From the NCBI GenBank assembly GCA_963703225.1, contig OY969801.1, positions 64,001 through 128,000 of the forward strand: DNA of 64,000 nucleotides, written 5' to 3'. This document shows positions 8,254 through 17,657 of this stretch, in pieces. The notes beneath the pieces were generated by a model. It worked only from the letters and a program-made list of their open reading frames with translations, ran no database searches and was not told where the DNA came from. This DNA comes from Candidatus Eiseniibacteriota bacterium (GTDB lineage: Bacteria > Eisenbacteria > RBG-16-71-46 > SZUA-252). Numbering within the stretch: the stretch's first letter is position 1; every line of letters begins with the position of its first letter. A program made the position numbers and the translations under genes.

Positions 8254-9975
8254 ATGGCGAGAAGGTTCCTGACGACCCTGGCTCTAATCGGCGCGACCCT
8301 GACCCTGGCAGGCTTGGCCCGCTCGGCCAGCACGCCGGAGCGGATCGTCTTCGACGGCAACATCATGTTCAACAACTCCGCCGGGCCCTGGGGCACGGAC
8401 GCCGGGCCGTGCACGTTGACGGTCGCGACGACCTACAACACGACGACGCTGGGGACCGTCTACTTCACCCACAACCGGGTGGTGGATCCGCTCCTCACGG
8501 ATCCCTTCAATCTCACCAATCCGAATTTCCAGCCGCAGCTCATGAGCCCCGCCAACTGCAACTACTCCACGGACGCCATGGTGCTCGATGCGCACTCCAT
8601 CGATCCGTGGTTCAAGCAGGTGGACTACGTCGGGGCCATGGCTCCGGCCATCTCCGACCCCGACGCGGACTGGACCAAAGGTGGCTGGACCTACTACAAC
8701 CTCCTGGGCGGCCTCGGGCGGACGGACATCAACTATTCGAAGCCACTCGTGATTCTGACCGGCCCCCAGGCCGCAAACCTGACGCTCAGCGCCTCGAACA
8801 ACTACCTGCTCCGGGGCAAAGTGTCGATGCTCGGCGGCACGACGCTGACGATTCCCGCTGGGACCTACCTCTTCGGAGAGAAGGCGACGACCGGATATCT
8901 CACCATAAACCGCGGCGCCAAGATCTTCGTGAACGGCACGAGGACCAATCCCGTCGTTCTCACCAGCGATCAGGATCCCTCAGTCGGCGGCATGGCTCCC
9001 AGCGACAACGGCGGCGTCGTGATTCACGGCCGGGCGATCGCCAACTGCGCCAACACGGTTGCGGGCGACTCGTGCGCCAGCGAAGGCGGCGCCGGAGTCT
9101 TCGGTGGCGCCGACGATGACGACAACAGCGGAACCATCCGTTACATGCGGATCGAGTACTCCGGCAAGACCATCAGCCCCGACAACGAGCTCAACTCCCT
9201 GACGATGAACGCGGTCGGGCGGGGCACGGTCATCCAGTACGTTGAGACCTTCCAGGGAAGCGACGACGGGTTCGAATGGTTCGGCGGAACGGCGCGGATC
9301 GACCACTGCCTCGCCGTTGGACCAGATGACGACGGGCTTGATTGGCAGCTCGGATTCCGGGGCCGCGCTCAGTTCTGCATCGTCCAGCAGGAACCGGGTC
9401 GCGGTGACAAGGGAACCGAGGCCGACAACTCCGAATTCAACTTCGCCGCACCGTTCCGGTCGAATCCGGTGTTCTCCAACATCACGTGGATCGGCGCCCC
9501 GGCGGGCGGCTCGGTCACGCCGAACATCGGAGTTCATCTCCGCCGCGGGACCGCGGGCACGATCGTCAACAGCATCGTCATGGGTTTCAACGGGCCTGGC
9601 CTTCGCATGCAGGATCCGGAGACCTTCGCCAATTGCCAGGGCACTGCGCCCGCGGTCTTCTGCTCGCCGAGCGTGTCAGCGGTCGACGAATCACCGCTCA
9701 ACAAGGGTCGGATCTTCATGGCGGCGTCGCCAAATCCGCTCAACGCGGCGACGAAGATCATTTTCGGTCTGCCGGGAGATCGGCGCCACGTGCAGGCGCG
9801 CATATTCGACGCTCAAGGCCGCTTGGTCGCTACGCTGGTTGAGGGGGCGATGACGAAGGGCGTCCACACCTTGAACTGGACCCCGTCCCGCACGCTTCCG
9901 ACCGGCTCCTATTTCCTCCGCGTCGAGTCGGAGGGGGGACTCTCGACCAGCGGGAAGTTGATATTGGTGAGGTAA
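8254..9975 (+). CDS. Secreted beta-helix-like protein (DDNSG..RY.RIEY.G family) with FlgD-Ig/T9SS-like CTD
   Basis: AAGGAG RBS, ATG 8254, signal peptide. Acidic repeated motifs DDNSGTIRYMRIEYSG, ELNSLT, DDGFEWFGG, DDDGLDWQLG and EADN. CTD SPNPLN...IFDAQGRLVATL...TGSYFLRV. Confidence 0.85.
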   Translation: MARRFLTTLALIGATLTLAGLARSASTPERIVFDGNIMFNNSAGPWGTDAGPCTLTVATTYNTTTLGTVYFTHNRVVDPLLTDPFNLTNPNFQPQLMSPANCNYSTDAMVLDAHSIDPWFKQVDYVGAMAPAISDPDADWTKGGWTYYNLLGGLGRTDINYSKPLVILTGPQAANLTLSASNNYLLRGKVSMLGGTTLTIPAGTYLFGEKATTGYLTINRGAKIFVNGTRTNPVVLTSDQDPSVGGMAPSDNGGVVIHGRAIANCANTVAGDSCASEGGAGVFGGADDDDNSGTIRYMRIEYSGKTISPDNELNSLTMNAVGRGTVIQYVETFQGSDDGFEWFGGTARIDHCLAVGPDDDGLDWQLGFRGRAQFCIVQQEPGRGDKGTEADNSEFNFAAPFRSNPVFSNITWIGAPAGGSVTPNIGVHLRRGTAGTIVNSIVMGFNGPGLRMQDPETFANCQGTAPAVFCSPSVSAVDESPLNKGRIFMAASPNPLNAATKIIFGLPGDRRHVQARIFDAQGRLVATLVEGAMTKGVHTLNWTPSRTLPTGSYFLRVESEGGLSTSGKLILVR

Positions 9976-10005
9976 TCGCTATCGCGAGAACCGTAGATAC
10001 CGAGG

Positions 10006-10049
10006 CGCCACGCCAGGAGGGGGCACCCCAAGGCCCCCTCCTCGTGGCG
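10006..10049 (+). other. Strong intercistronic hairpin covering the putative start of the TonB-dependent receptor
   Basis: CGCCACG-cc-AGGAGGGGGC / 8-nt loop / GCCCCCTCCT-CGTGGCG: a 17-bp stem with a 2-nt bulge that includes GTG 10044. Confidence 0.6.
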
Positions 10050-12905
10050 TTTTTGGCCGTGTTTTTCATGGCGTGGCTGCCAAGCCCTGCTCGCGCGCAG
10101 GCACCCAACGGGGTTATCTCCGGCAAGGTTCTGGATCAGGAGGATCGCCTGCCGCTGCCGGACGCCCGGGTCGGGATCTACCGGATCATGCCGGCCGACT
10201 CCGAGTGGACGATGGTCCACGGGGCGCTCACCGGGCCCGACGGCTCCTTCCGGTTCGAGGTGCCTCCGGCGACCTACCGCGTGATCTTCAACTATCAGTC
10301 CTATTCCGTCCTGGTCCGCGACGACGTGGCGGTGGCCCCCGGAGCCACCGTCGAACTGACGGTCACCATGACCCCCAAACCGCTCCAGCTCCAGGGCATC
10401 GACGTCCAAGGGCTCGGTCGCAAGGGCTCTGAAGCGACGGCACTCCAGGCGCAAAAGAAGGCAGAGGTCGTCAGCGACGCGATCACCGCGGAGCAGATAT
10501 CCAAGTCGACGGACGCGAACGCCGCGGACGCGCTGCAGCGGGTCACGGGGCTCTCGGTGGTTGAGGGCAAGTACGTCTTTGTGCGGGGCCTCGGCGAGCG
10601 CTACAGCTCGACCCAAGTGAATGGCGCCACCGTGGGGACGCCCGAGCCGAACAAGAAGGTGATCCCGCTCGACGTTTTTCCCTCGGGCTCCTTGGAAAAC
10701 ATCGTGGTGCAAAAGACCTACACCCCCGACCAGCAGGGGGAATTCGCCGGGGGGGTCATCGAACTCAACACCCGGGACTTCGTCGACCACAAGAGCTTCG
10801 CGCAGAATCTCAGCATCGGTTATTCGGCGACCGTCGCGAAAAACAAGTTCTTGAGCTATCGCGGTGGAAAGCTCGACTTCCTGGGCTTCGACGACGGTAT
10901 CCGGGACTACCCCGCCTATTTCAAGAGCCTGGCCGGTTCCAAGCGGGTGACCCAGAACGGGGTCTTTGGAGGCGACGGATTCAACAGCGGACAAATCGAA
11001 GCGATGGGAGAATCTTTCAACAAGATTTGGAGCCCGGCCAAGGACGGAGGGAGCCCCAACTACAGCTATTCGGCGAATTACGGCAATCGGTATCACGTGC
11101 TGGGGAAGGATGTGGGAGTTCTCGGCGCGGTTTCACTCTCGAACAACTTCACGACCGTCGAGCGGGAGCAGAACGCCTATTCGGGAACGAGCACCCGACT
11201 CTCGCCTCTCTATGAATACGACGTCACGGAATCGAATACCAAGGTCCTGGGAGGAGCGCTGGCCAATCTGAGCGTCAAGCTGGCCGAGCCCCACTCCATC
11301 CAGCTTCGCGGCCTCTACACGCGAAGCTCCGACGACTTCACCCGCATTTCCGAGGGACCGAACTACAACTACGGCACGCCGCTCATGCGGATCTCGAGTC
11401 TCGATTTCATTGAGCGCGGGCTCTTTCTCGGGGTGCTGAGCGGAACGAGCCGCTTCACGCCGGCGGGTGGGTTTCAGCTGGATTGGCTCGGAAGCTACTC
11501 CGAGGCGATGCGCGACGAGCCGGACCGGAGGGAAGCGGTCTACGAAGCCTCGCCCCAGGGCGGGCTCGGCCTCTCCCCGCGATCGACGATTCCACTGACC
11601 CGAATTTTCGGCGACATGAACGAGTACGACCGGTCGGCAACCGCCAACCTCACGAAACCGGTCCCATTCTTGAGCGGCCGGGAAGCGAAACTGAAGATGG
11701 GCGGCGCCTATCGCTACCGGAATCGGATCTCGTCGTTTCGCCGCCTTGGATTCCAGTTGGGTCTCGCGGGGCGGAGCGCGATCGATCTGAGGCAATCCCC
11801 CGAGTCCCTCCTGATCGACGCAAACATAGCCCCCGGCTATTTCCAGCTCGTGGAGGAGACTCGCGAGAACGATGCATATCGCGCCTCCCAGGAGATCCTG
11901 GCGGGATACGCCATGGCGACGGTGCCCGTATTTCCGAAGTTCGAGGTCCTGGCGGGTGCCCGGTTGGAGCACTCCAATCAGAAGGTGGAGGCCAAGAGCC
12001 CGTTTGTCACCTCGGTCGCGCCGACCGACGTCGAGCTGGACGATCACGATCTTCTCCCCGCGGTGAACGCGACCTACCGCGTGACCGACCGGATGAATCT
12101 TCGCGGAGGGTACAGCGTCACCGTCTCCCGTCCCGAGCTGCGCGAGATGAGCCCGTTTGACATGTACGACTATGAGACCGGCTACTCCGAGATCGGGAAT
12201 ACCGAGATCCAATCGACCAACATTCAAAACCTCGACGCTCGCTGGGAGTTCTTCCCCGGCACGCGAGAGCTCCTGGCGCTGAGCGGCTTTCGAAAGGTCC
12301 TCTTCCAGCCGATCGAGAACGTCGTGCAGGGCTCGAGTGGTGGGTACATCCTCTCCCCCCGAAACGGAAGGGACGGTCGCCTCTATGGCCTCGAGGTGGA
12401 GACGCGGGTGGGACTCCGTGGCGTTTGGAACACGATCGGCCGGGTGGTGCCATTGCCCCAATCCTCCAGCGCGTTCGATCACTGGGCGTTGAGTGTCAAC
12501 TACAGCCGCGTGGAATCGAGCGTCAAGGTACAGGCGACCACCGACGCGGCGGGGGACCCCGTGTTCCGCGAGGCGCCTCTCCAAGGTCAATCGACGTACG
12601 CCCTCAACGGCGGAGTCTTCTACGGATCGGCGGGGCTCCAAGGCTCGCTCATGCTGAGCCAATTCGGCGAGCGCCTCGCTCAGTTCGGAGCGGGCGCCTA
12701 TCCGAGCAGCTTGCCGGACATCTACGAGCACCCTCCCACCTCCCTCGACCTCACGCTGGGCCAGCGCCTGGGGTCGACGCTCACGCTGAGGTTCGCCGCG
12801 GAGAACCTGCTCAACGAGGCGACCGAATATGTCCAGCTGGGTCTCATCACGCGCCGCTACAACACGGGCCGCACCCTCTCCCTCTCCGTGAATCTTAAGG
12901 ACTAG
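10044..12905 (+). CDS. TonB-dependent receptor with an N-terminal carboxypeptidase-regulatory-like domain
   Basis: ISGKVLD...PLPDA.V N-domain; plug motifs DAITAEQI, DALQRVTGLSV and VRGLGERYS; barrel motifs SRPELRE and GN..I; C-terminal N..N...GRTLSLSVN. Confidence 0.93.
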   Translation: MAFLAVFFMAWLPSPARAQAPNGVISGKVLDQEDRLPLPDARVGIYRIMPADSEWTMVHGALTGPDGSFRFEVPPATYRVIFNYQSYSVLVRDDVAVAPGATVELTVTMTPKPLQLQGIDVQGLGRKGSEATALQAQKKAEVVSDAITAEQISKSTDANAADALQRVTGLSVVEGKYVFVRGLGERYSSTQVNGATVGTPEPNKKVIPLDVFPSGSLENIVVQKTYTPDQQGEFAGGVIELNTRDFVDHKSFAQNLSIGYSATVAKNKFLSYRGGKLDFLGFDDGIRDYPAYFKSLAGSKRVTQNGVFGGDGFNSGQIEAMGESFNKIWSPAKDGGSPNYSYSANYGNRYHVLGKDVGVLGAVSLSNNFTTVEREQNAYSGTSTRLSPLYEYDVTESNTKVLGGALANLSVKLAEPHSIQLRGLYTRSSDDFTRISEGPNYNYGTPLMRISSLDFIERGLFLGVLSGTSRFTPAGGFQLDWLGSYSEAMRDEPDRREAVYEASPQGGLGLSPRSTIPLTRIFGDMNEYDRSATANLTKPVPFLSGREAKLKMGGAYRYRNRISSFRRLGFQLGLAGRSAIDLRQSPESLLIDANIAPGYFQLVEETRENDAYRASQEILAGYAMATVPVFPKFEVLAGARLEHSNQKVEAKSPFVTSVAPTDVELDDHDLLPAVNATYRVTDRMNLRGGYSVTVSRPELREMSPFDMYDYETGYSEIGNTEIQSTNIQNLDARWEFFPGTRELLALSGFRKVLFQPIENVVQGSSGGYILSPRNGRDGRLYGLEVETRVGLRGVWNTIGRVVPLPQSSSAFDHWALSVNYSRVESSVKVQATTDAAGDPVFREAPLQGQSTYALNGGVFYGSAGLQGSLMLSQFGERLAQFGAGAYPSSLPDIYEHPPTSLDLTLGQRLGSTLTLRFAAENLLNEATEYVQLGLITRRYNTGRTLSLSVNLKD

Positions 12906-12914
12906 CTGGGCGCG

Positions 12915-13727
12915 ATGAGCACGCCGGCGAATGATCGGAAGCCAGGCTCACCGGTAGGTGTTGGCGTGGGGCTGCTGCTCCTCGTCCTCGCCCCCCTGGC
13001 CGTGCGTGTTCTGATTATCCGAGGCGATCACCCGCCGAAGGCCGCCGCTCCCGGAGCCGTGCGGTCGCAGGGCTTCGAAAGCGGCCCCACGGCTGGCGCC
13101 GGCAAGGGGGAGCCGACCGTCGATCCCGGCTCGCGGCCCGCCACCGATGCTTCAACCCGCCAGACGACCGTCCCCCCGGCGCTCGCCGCGTCGAGTCGTC
13201 CGCGTTCGCCGCTCGAGCGCTCGCCCGGCTACTACCCTCCGGACGATCCCGAGTCGATGTCGGTGATCACGGGCCGGAGGGACGCTCCGTTGGTCGATTT
13301 GGACCTGGCGGGAGGGGCTTCTTCCAAGCGGGATCTCGCAATGATGCTCCTGGCGGGCCTGAACGCCCGCGATGAGCGCGCGCTCCACGCGCTGCGGATC
13401 ACGCGCAAGGAGTTCGAGGTCATCCTCTGGCCCGAGTTCCCCGAGAGCCGGCCGGTCACGAACATCACGGCCGAGGACGCTTGGGAAATGTCGATCGCGC
13501 AGAGCGTCTCCGGTGCGGGCCGCGCGATCGGAGGCTATGGTGCCCGGCAGCTCGAGCTGGTCCGGGTCGAATGTGACCCGCCCACGCCGTACAAGAATTT
13601 CACGCTCCACCGCGGCGTCACGATCGTCGCGCGGGATCAGAACTCGGGGGAGACGGAGCGAATGCGATTTGCCCCCACCTTCGTGGAACGACATGGCCGC
13701 TACAAGGTGCTCACCTTCAAAGATTGA
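12915..13727 (+). CDS. Hypothetical membrane-anchored periplasmic protein
   Basis: Starts 9 nt after the receptor stop. N-terminal TM, Pro/Ala-rich linker, then a globular domain (EFEVILWPEFPESRP...GRYKVLTFKD). Confidence 0.75.
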   Translation: MSTPANDRKPGSPVGVGVGLLLLVLAPLAVRVLIIRGDHPPKAAAPGAVRSQGFESGPTAGAGKGEPTVDPGSRPATDASTRQTTVPPALAASSRPRSPLERSPGYYPPDDPESMSVITGRRDAPLVDLDLAGGASSKRDLAMMLLAGLNARDERALHALRITRKEFEVILWPEFPESRPVTNITAEDAWEMSIAQSVSGAGRAIGGYGARQLELVRVECDPPTPYKNFTLHRGVTIVARDQNSGETERMRFAPTFVERHGRYKVLTFKD

Positions 13728-13853
13728 CGCCGGGCTTGACTGGCCGGGGCACCCCGCGGGCATCGCCGGGATCCCGGAGCCCCCTTCGCTCGTTACTTCA
13801 TCTTCAGTTGTCCGACACGAGATCGGAACCGCGCCCCGCTACACTTCCGTCCG

Positions 13854-14285
13854 ATGAGCACGCGACTCAAACGATCTCCCCAGGAGCGCGCCGGGGGTGC
13901 GAAGCAACCGAGTGGGGTTCATCCCGTACTTCTTGCGGACCCCGGCGCCTCCTTCCCCTCTCCCATCGACTGGGGCGATCTCATCGATGGCGAAGATGGG
14001 ATCGAATCCGACGATTGGATCGAGACCGATCTCTACCTTGCCGCGCTGGTCGCCGCGTCCTTCTCCTCGCCGTCGCCCGAAACTCCCTCCCATGCCCTGG
14101 ACGTGCCCGGGGGATCGAGTGGAATGGAACGGACGGGCGATTCGGCACGGCAAGGTTTCAAGAATGCAAGCGTCCCCGGCGACACGGCGCCGGTCGACGC
14201 ACCGGGTCGCGGCTCGAGCCCGGGGTTCACGTGGAGCTCAAGATTGCGGCGGAGACTTCTCGCGCGGCGCCGAAAGCCGTCGTAA
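13854..14285 (+). CDS. Small orphan hypothetical protein (acidic core, Arg-rich C-terminus)
   Basis: TACACT -10-like hexamer 8 nt before the ATG (leaderless pattern), GC-rich third positions in the core and a downstream hairpin. No recognisable family. Confidence 0.35.
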   Translation: MSTRLKRSPQERAGGAKQPSGVHPVLLADPGASFPSPIDWGDLIDGEDGIESDDWIETDLYLAALVAASFSSPSPETPSHALDVPGGSSGMERTGDSARQGFKNASVPGDTAPVDAPGRGSSPGFTWSSRLRRRLLARRRKPS

Positions 14286-14307
14286 CGCGTGGACCCAAAA
14301 TCGGAAC

Positions 14308-14332
14308 GCCCGGGGGCTTGGCCCCCCCGGGC
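14308..14332. terminator. GC-rich hairpin, possible terminator
   Basis: GCCCGGGGG-cttggcc-CCCCCGGGC, a 9-bp stem just after stop 14285. No strong U-tract on the + strand. Confidence 0.4.
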
Positions 14333-14367
14333 GGCCGCGCCATACCCACCGGCCCGATGTTACGAAC

Positions 14368-14405
14368 GTAACAAGGAAGGAAAGGAACCGTAACAAGTCG
14401 TTCAC
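14368..14405 (+). promoter_or_regulatory. Putative Pho-box array upstream of porin-pstSCA
   Basis: GTAAC/GGAAA/GTAAC/TTCAC at 14368, 14379, 14390 and 14401 (11-nt period). Confidence 0.75.
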
Positions 14406-14501
14406 ACCCCTTGCGTAATCTGCCCGCAAGGACGCGGAAAAAGCCGCCGGGCGACCGCCCGGCAGACCGAGAACAAACCGCGCCGAATCCAGGGAGGTGT
14501 G

Positions 14502-15626
14502 ATGAGTTTGCGAAGCTGGTGGCTCGCGGGAACCGTGGCGGCCGCCCTCGGCCTTACCGGACCGGCCCACGCTCAGCAGGTAACGCCGACGGACCCAGAT
14601 TTTCCGCGCGGACGGATCAGCGGGTATCTCTTCGGTGATTACTACTACAACGTGGACGGGCTCGAGAGACATGCCTACAACTCCTCGGGCTCGGACTCGG
14701 GCAAGGTCTACATCGACGGTGCCACCTCGGGCAACGGAACACCCAACAACATCACGAGAGATCTGAGCGGGATCGCGATCAGGCGGATCTATTTCCAGGC
14801 TGACAACGACCTCTCGATCAAGTACTCGACCCGGTTCCGGCTCGAGGCGGACAGCAAGGCACTCACCTCCGATGGCAAGATCGGCGTCTACATCAAGGCG
14901 GCCTACCTCCAGGCCAAGAACGTCATACCGCGGGGCAACTTCCTCATTGGAATGATCACGACCCCGACCTTCGAGAATTCCGAGGAGTTCTGGGCGTACC
15001 GCTCGATTGAAAAGACCATCGCAGACTTTCGGGGAATCGGAAGCTCGGCGGACCTCGGCGCGCAGTTGAAGGGATTCGCCGACGATGGACACCGGATCGG
15101 ATATAGCGCGATGTTCGGCAACGGCATCGGGCAAAAGCCGGAGGACAATCGCTACAAGAAGGGCTACTTCGCGCTACCTCTTCGGCCGACCGAGGACTTG
15201 AGGCTCGAGCCTTACATCGATTACGAAGCGGCTCCCGGCAACGCGGAGCGGATCACCTACAAGGTCTTCGCGGGATACGACACTCGGCACGGCGCTCTCG
15301 GGGTCGAAGTGCTGGACCGGGTGAATCACCAAGGCGCGTCGCCCACCAAGGAGCCGTTCGGGTTCTCCGTCTTCGGTCGGAGCAAGATCAGGCCCAACTT
15401 CTCCGCGTTCGCGAGGTGGGACCGGTGGCAGGCGGACTCTCGACTGGCAAACCGGATCGACTCCGATCTCTACATCGGCGGCTTTGACTGGGAGCCCTAC
15501 AAGGACGTCCACTTCATGCCGAACGTGGAGGCCAACCAATACCATGCGCGCGGGACGGCTCTGACGCCGCCGACCAACGACCTCCAAGCGCGCCTCACCG
15601 TGTACTATAAGTGGAGCAAACCGTGA
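14502..15626 (+). CDS. Outer-membrane porin, probably phosphate-selective (OprO/OprP-like role)
   Basis: GGAGG RBS, signal peptide (AHA|Q), IRRIYF and YIKAAYL barrel strands, WAYRSIEKT. Lies directly upstream of pstS. Confidence 0.75.
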   Translation: MSLRSWWLAGTVAAALGLTGPAHAQQVTPTDPDFPRGRISGYLFGDYYYNVDGLERHAYNSSGSDSGKVYIDGATSGNGTPNNITRDLSGIAIRRIYFQADNDLSIKYSTRFRLEADSKALTSDGKIGVYIKAAYLQAKNVIPRGNFLIGMITTPTFENSEEFWAYRSIEKTIADFRGIGSSADLGAQLKGFADDGHRIGYSAMFGNGIGQKPEDNRYKKGYFALPLRPTEDLRLEPYIDYEAAPGNAERITYKVFAGYDTRHGALGVEVLDRVNHQGASPTKEPFGFSVFGRSKIRPNFSAFARWDRWQADSRLANRIDSDLYIGGFDWEPYKDVHFMPNVEANQYHARGTALTPPTNDLQARLTVYYKWSKP

Positions 15627-15652
15627 ACCGAAACCCAACGTGGAGGAATGAT

Positions 15653-16741
15653 ATGAAGAGAATTCGAATCGCGTTCGAGTCGCGCCTCGTCCGGCTTGCC
15701 GTTTTGGGCTTGGTGGCGATCGCAGCCGTGGCGCTGACTCAGGCGCCCGCATCCGCCGACGATGTCAAATTGACCGGGGCGGGGGCGACGTTTCCTTATC
15801 CGATCTATTCCAAGTGGTTTGACACGTACAACAAGGAGACCGGCGTCCAGATCAACTACCAATCGATCGGTAGCGGCGGCGGAATCCAGCAGGTGAAAGC
15901 GGGCACGGTCGACTTCGGCGCCAGCGACGCGCCGCTCACGAACGCCCGGATGAAGGAGATGCCGCGGAACGTGATCCACTTCCCGACGGTGGCCGGCGCG
16001 GTGGTTCTCGCGTACAACCTGCCGTCCGTTACCGCGCCGCTCCAGCTCACCCCGGAAACGGTCGTAGGGATCTACTTGGGCAAGATCACCATGTGGAACG
16101 ACAAGAAGATCGCGGCCTCTAATCCGGGGGTCGCGCTTCCCGGCGCCCCGATCTACCCCGTGCACCGCTCCGACGGCAGCGGCACGACCTACATCTTCGT
16201 CTCCTACCTTTCCGACGTGAGTCGTGAGTGGAAGGAGTTGGTAGGTGCGAACACCTCCGTCAGCTGGCCGGTCGGGGTTGGCGGTAAGGGGAACGAGGGC
16301 GTCGCGGGCATGGTCCGCCAGACCCCGAATTCCATCGGTTACGTCGAGCTGGCCTACGCCAAGCAGAACAACTTCTCGGTCGCCAGCATCCAGAACCGTG
16401 CAGGGAAATTCGTAGTGCCCTCCCTGGAGTCGACGACGGCCGCGGCCGCGGGCGCCGCGGCGGCGCTCGCCAAGGACGTTCGCTCCCCGATCGTGAACTC
16501 GCCAGCCCCCGACGCCTATCCGATCGCCGGATTAACGTTCCTCCTCGTCTATCAGGACCAGAAGGACCCGGCCAAGGCGAAGGCGCTTGCCAATTTCATC
16601 GCATGGGCGATGGACGAGGGACAATCGGAAGCCGGAGACCTCGACTACGCCAGACTGCCGGACCAGGTGGTCAAGGTCAACCTGGCGAACCTGACCAAGC
16701 TGACCGCTCTCGGGAAGCCGGTCTTTGTCGCTGCGAAGTAA
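15653..16741 (+). CDS. pstS: Phosphate ABC transporter substrate-binding protein
   Basis: GAGATFPYP, YQSIGSGGG, DFGASD, HRSDGSGTT, GKGNEGV and IGYVE motifs; GGAGG RBS before ATG 15653. Confidence 0.97.
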   Translation: MKRIRIAFESRLVRLAVLGLVAIAAVALTQAPASADDVKLTGAGATFPYPIYSKWFDTYNKETGVQINYQSIGSGGGIQQVKAGTVDFGASDAPLTNARMKEMPRNVIHFPTVAGAVVLAYNLPSVTAPLQLTPETVVGIYLGKITMWNDKKIAASNPGVALPGAPIYPVHRSDGSGTTYIFVSYLSDVSREWKELVGANTSVSWPVGVGGKGNEGVAGMVRQTPNSIGYVELAYAKQNNFSVASIQNRAGKFVVPSLESTTAAAAGAAAALAKDVRSPIVNSPAPDAYPIAGLTFLLVYQDQKDPAKAKALANFIAWAMDEGQSEAGDLDYARLPDQVVKVNLANLTKLTALGKPVFVAAK

Positions 16742-17657
16742 AGCCGTCCCGGCGGACGGGATCTACCGCGGGCTTCTCCTCGCCGCAGCGACCAGCGTAT
16801 TCCTCGTGGTCGCGCTCATCGTCTTCGAGGCGGCACGGGGAGCCGGTCTCTCGGTGCGGACCTTTGGATTGGGATTCCTCACCGGCACCGAATGGGATCC
16901 GGTCGCCGATAAGTACGGCGCGCTGCCCTACATCTACGGAACGCTCGTCACGTCCGCCATCGCGTTGATTCTCGCGGTACCGGTCGGCATTGGGAGCGCG
17001 GTCTATCTGGCGGAAATCGCGCACCGCCGCGTAGGGGCCATCCTCTCCTTTTTGATGGAGCTCCTCGCGGCGGTGCCAAGCATCGTCTACGGAATCTGGG
17101 GCTTCTTCGTCCTGGCGCCCTGGCTACGAGGCGCCCTCGAGCCGTGGCTCATCCAGCACTTCGGATACTTGCCGCTCTTCCGCGGCGCCCCGTTTGGAAT
17201 CGGGATCCTGAATGCCGGCATCATCCTGGCGATCATGATCGTCCCGACCGTCATCTCGATCTCGCGGGAGGTGCTGCTCGCGACACCGCAATCGCTCCGT
17301 GAGGCGTCGCTCGCGCTCGGGGCGACGCGGGCCGAGTCGATCGGTGTGGCGCTCGACGCGGCCCGGCCCGGGATTCTCGGCTCATGCATCCTCGCCCTCG
17401 GCCGCGCGCTGGGAGAGACCATGGCGGTTACCATGGTGATCGGGAACACGAACCGTATTACCGGATCGCTCCTCGACGCCGGCGCGACCATGGCAAGCGT
17501 CATCGCCAATGAATTTACGGAGGCGACCGGGACGCTCTACCTCTCGGCCCTGATCGAGATCGCCCTGGTGCTCTTCGCGGTCACCATCGTCGTCAACGCG
17601 ATCGCTCGGGCGCTCGTCCACTGGGCGACAAGCGGACAGCGGGCGGCGGCGCCATGA
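16725..17657 (+). CDS. pstC: Phosphate ABC transporter permease
   Basis: ELLAAVPSIVYGIWG, LREASLALGATR and LGRALGETMAV motifs. Confidence 0.96.
   Translation: MSLRSKAVPADGIYRGLLLAAATSVFLVVALIVFEAARGAGLSVRTFGLGFLTGTEWDPVADKYGALPYIYGTLVTSAIALILAVPVGIGSAVYLAEIAHRRVGAILSFLMELLAAVPSIVYGIWGFFVLAPWLRGALEPWLIQHFGYLPLFRGAPFGIGILNAGIILAIMIVPTVISISREVLLATPQSLREASLALGATRAESIGVALDAARPGILGSCILALGRALGETMAVTMVIGNTNRITGSLLDAGATMASVIANEFTEATGTLYLSALIEIALVLFAVTIVVNAIARALVHWATSGQRAAAP

Noticed and set aside
14359..14372. GTTAC-gaac-GTAAC palindrome as a separate operator
   Set aside because: It is short and overlaps the direct-repeat array, which explains the site better.
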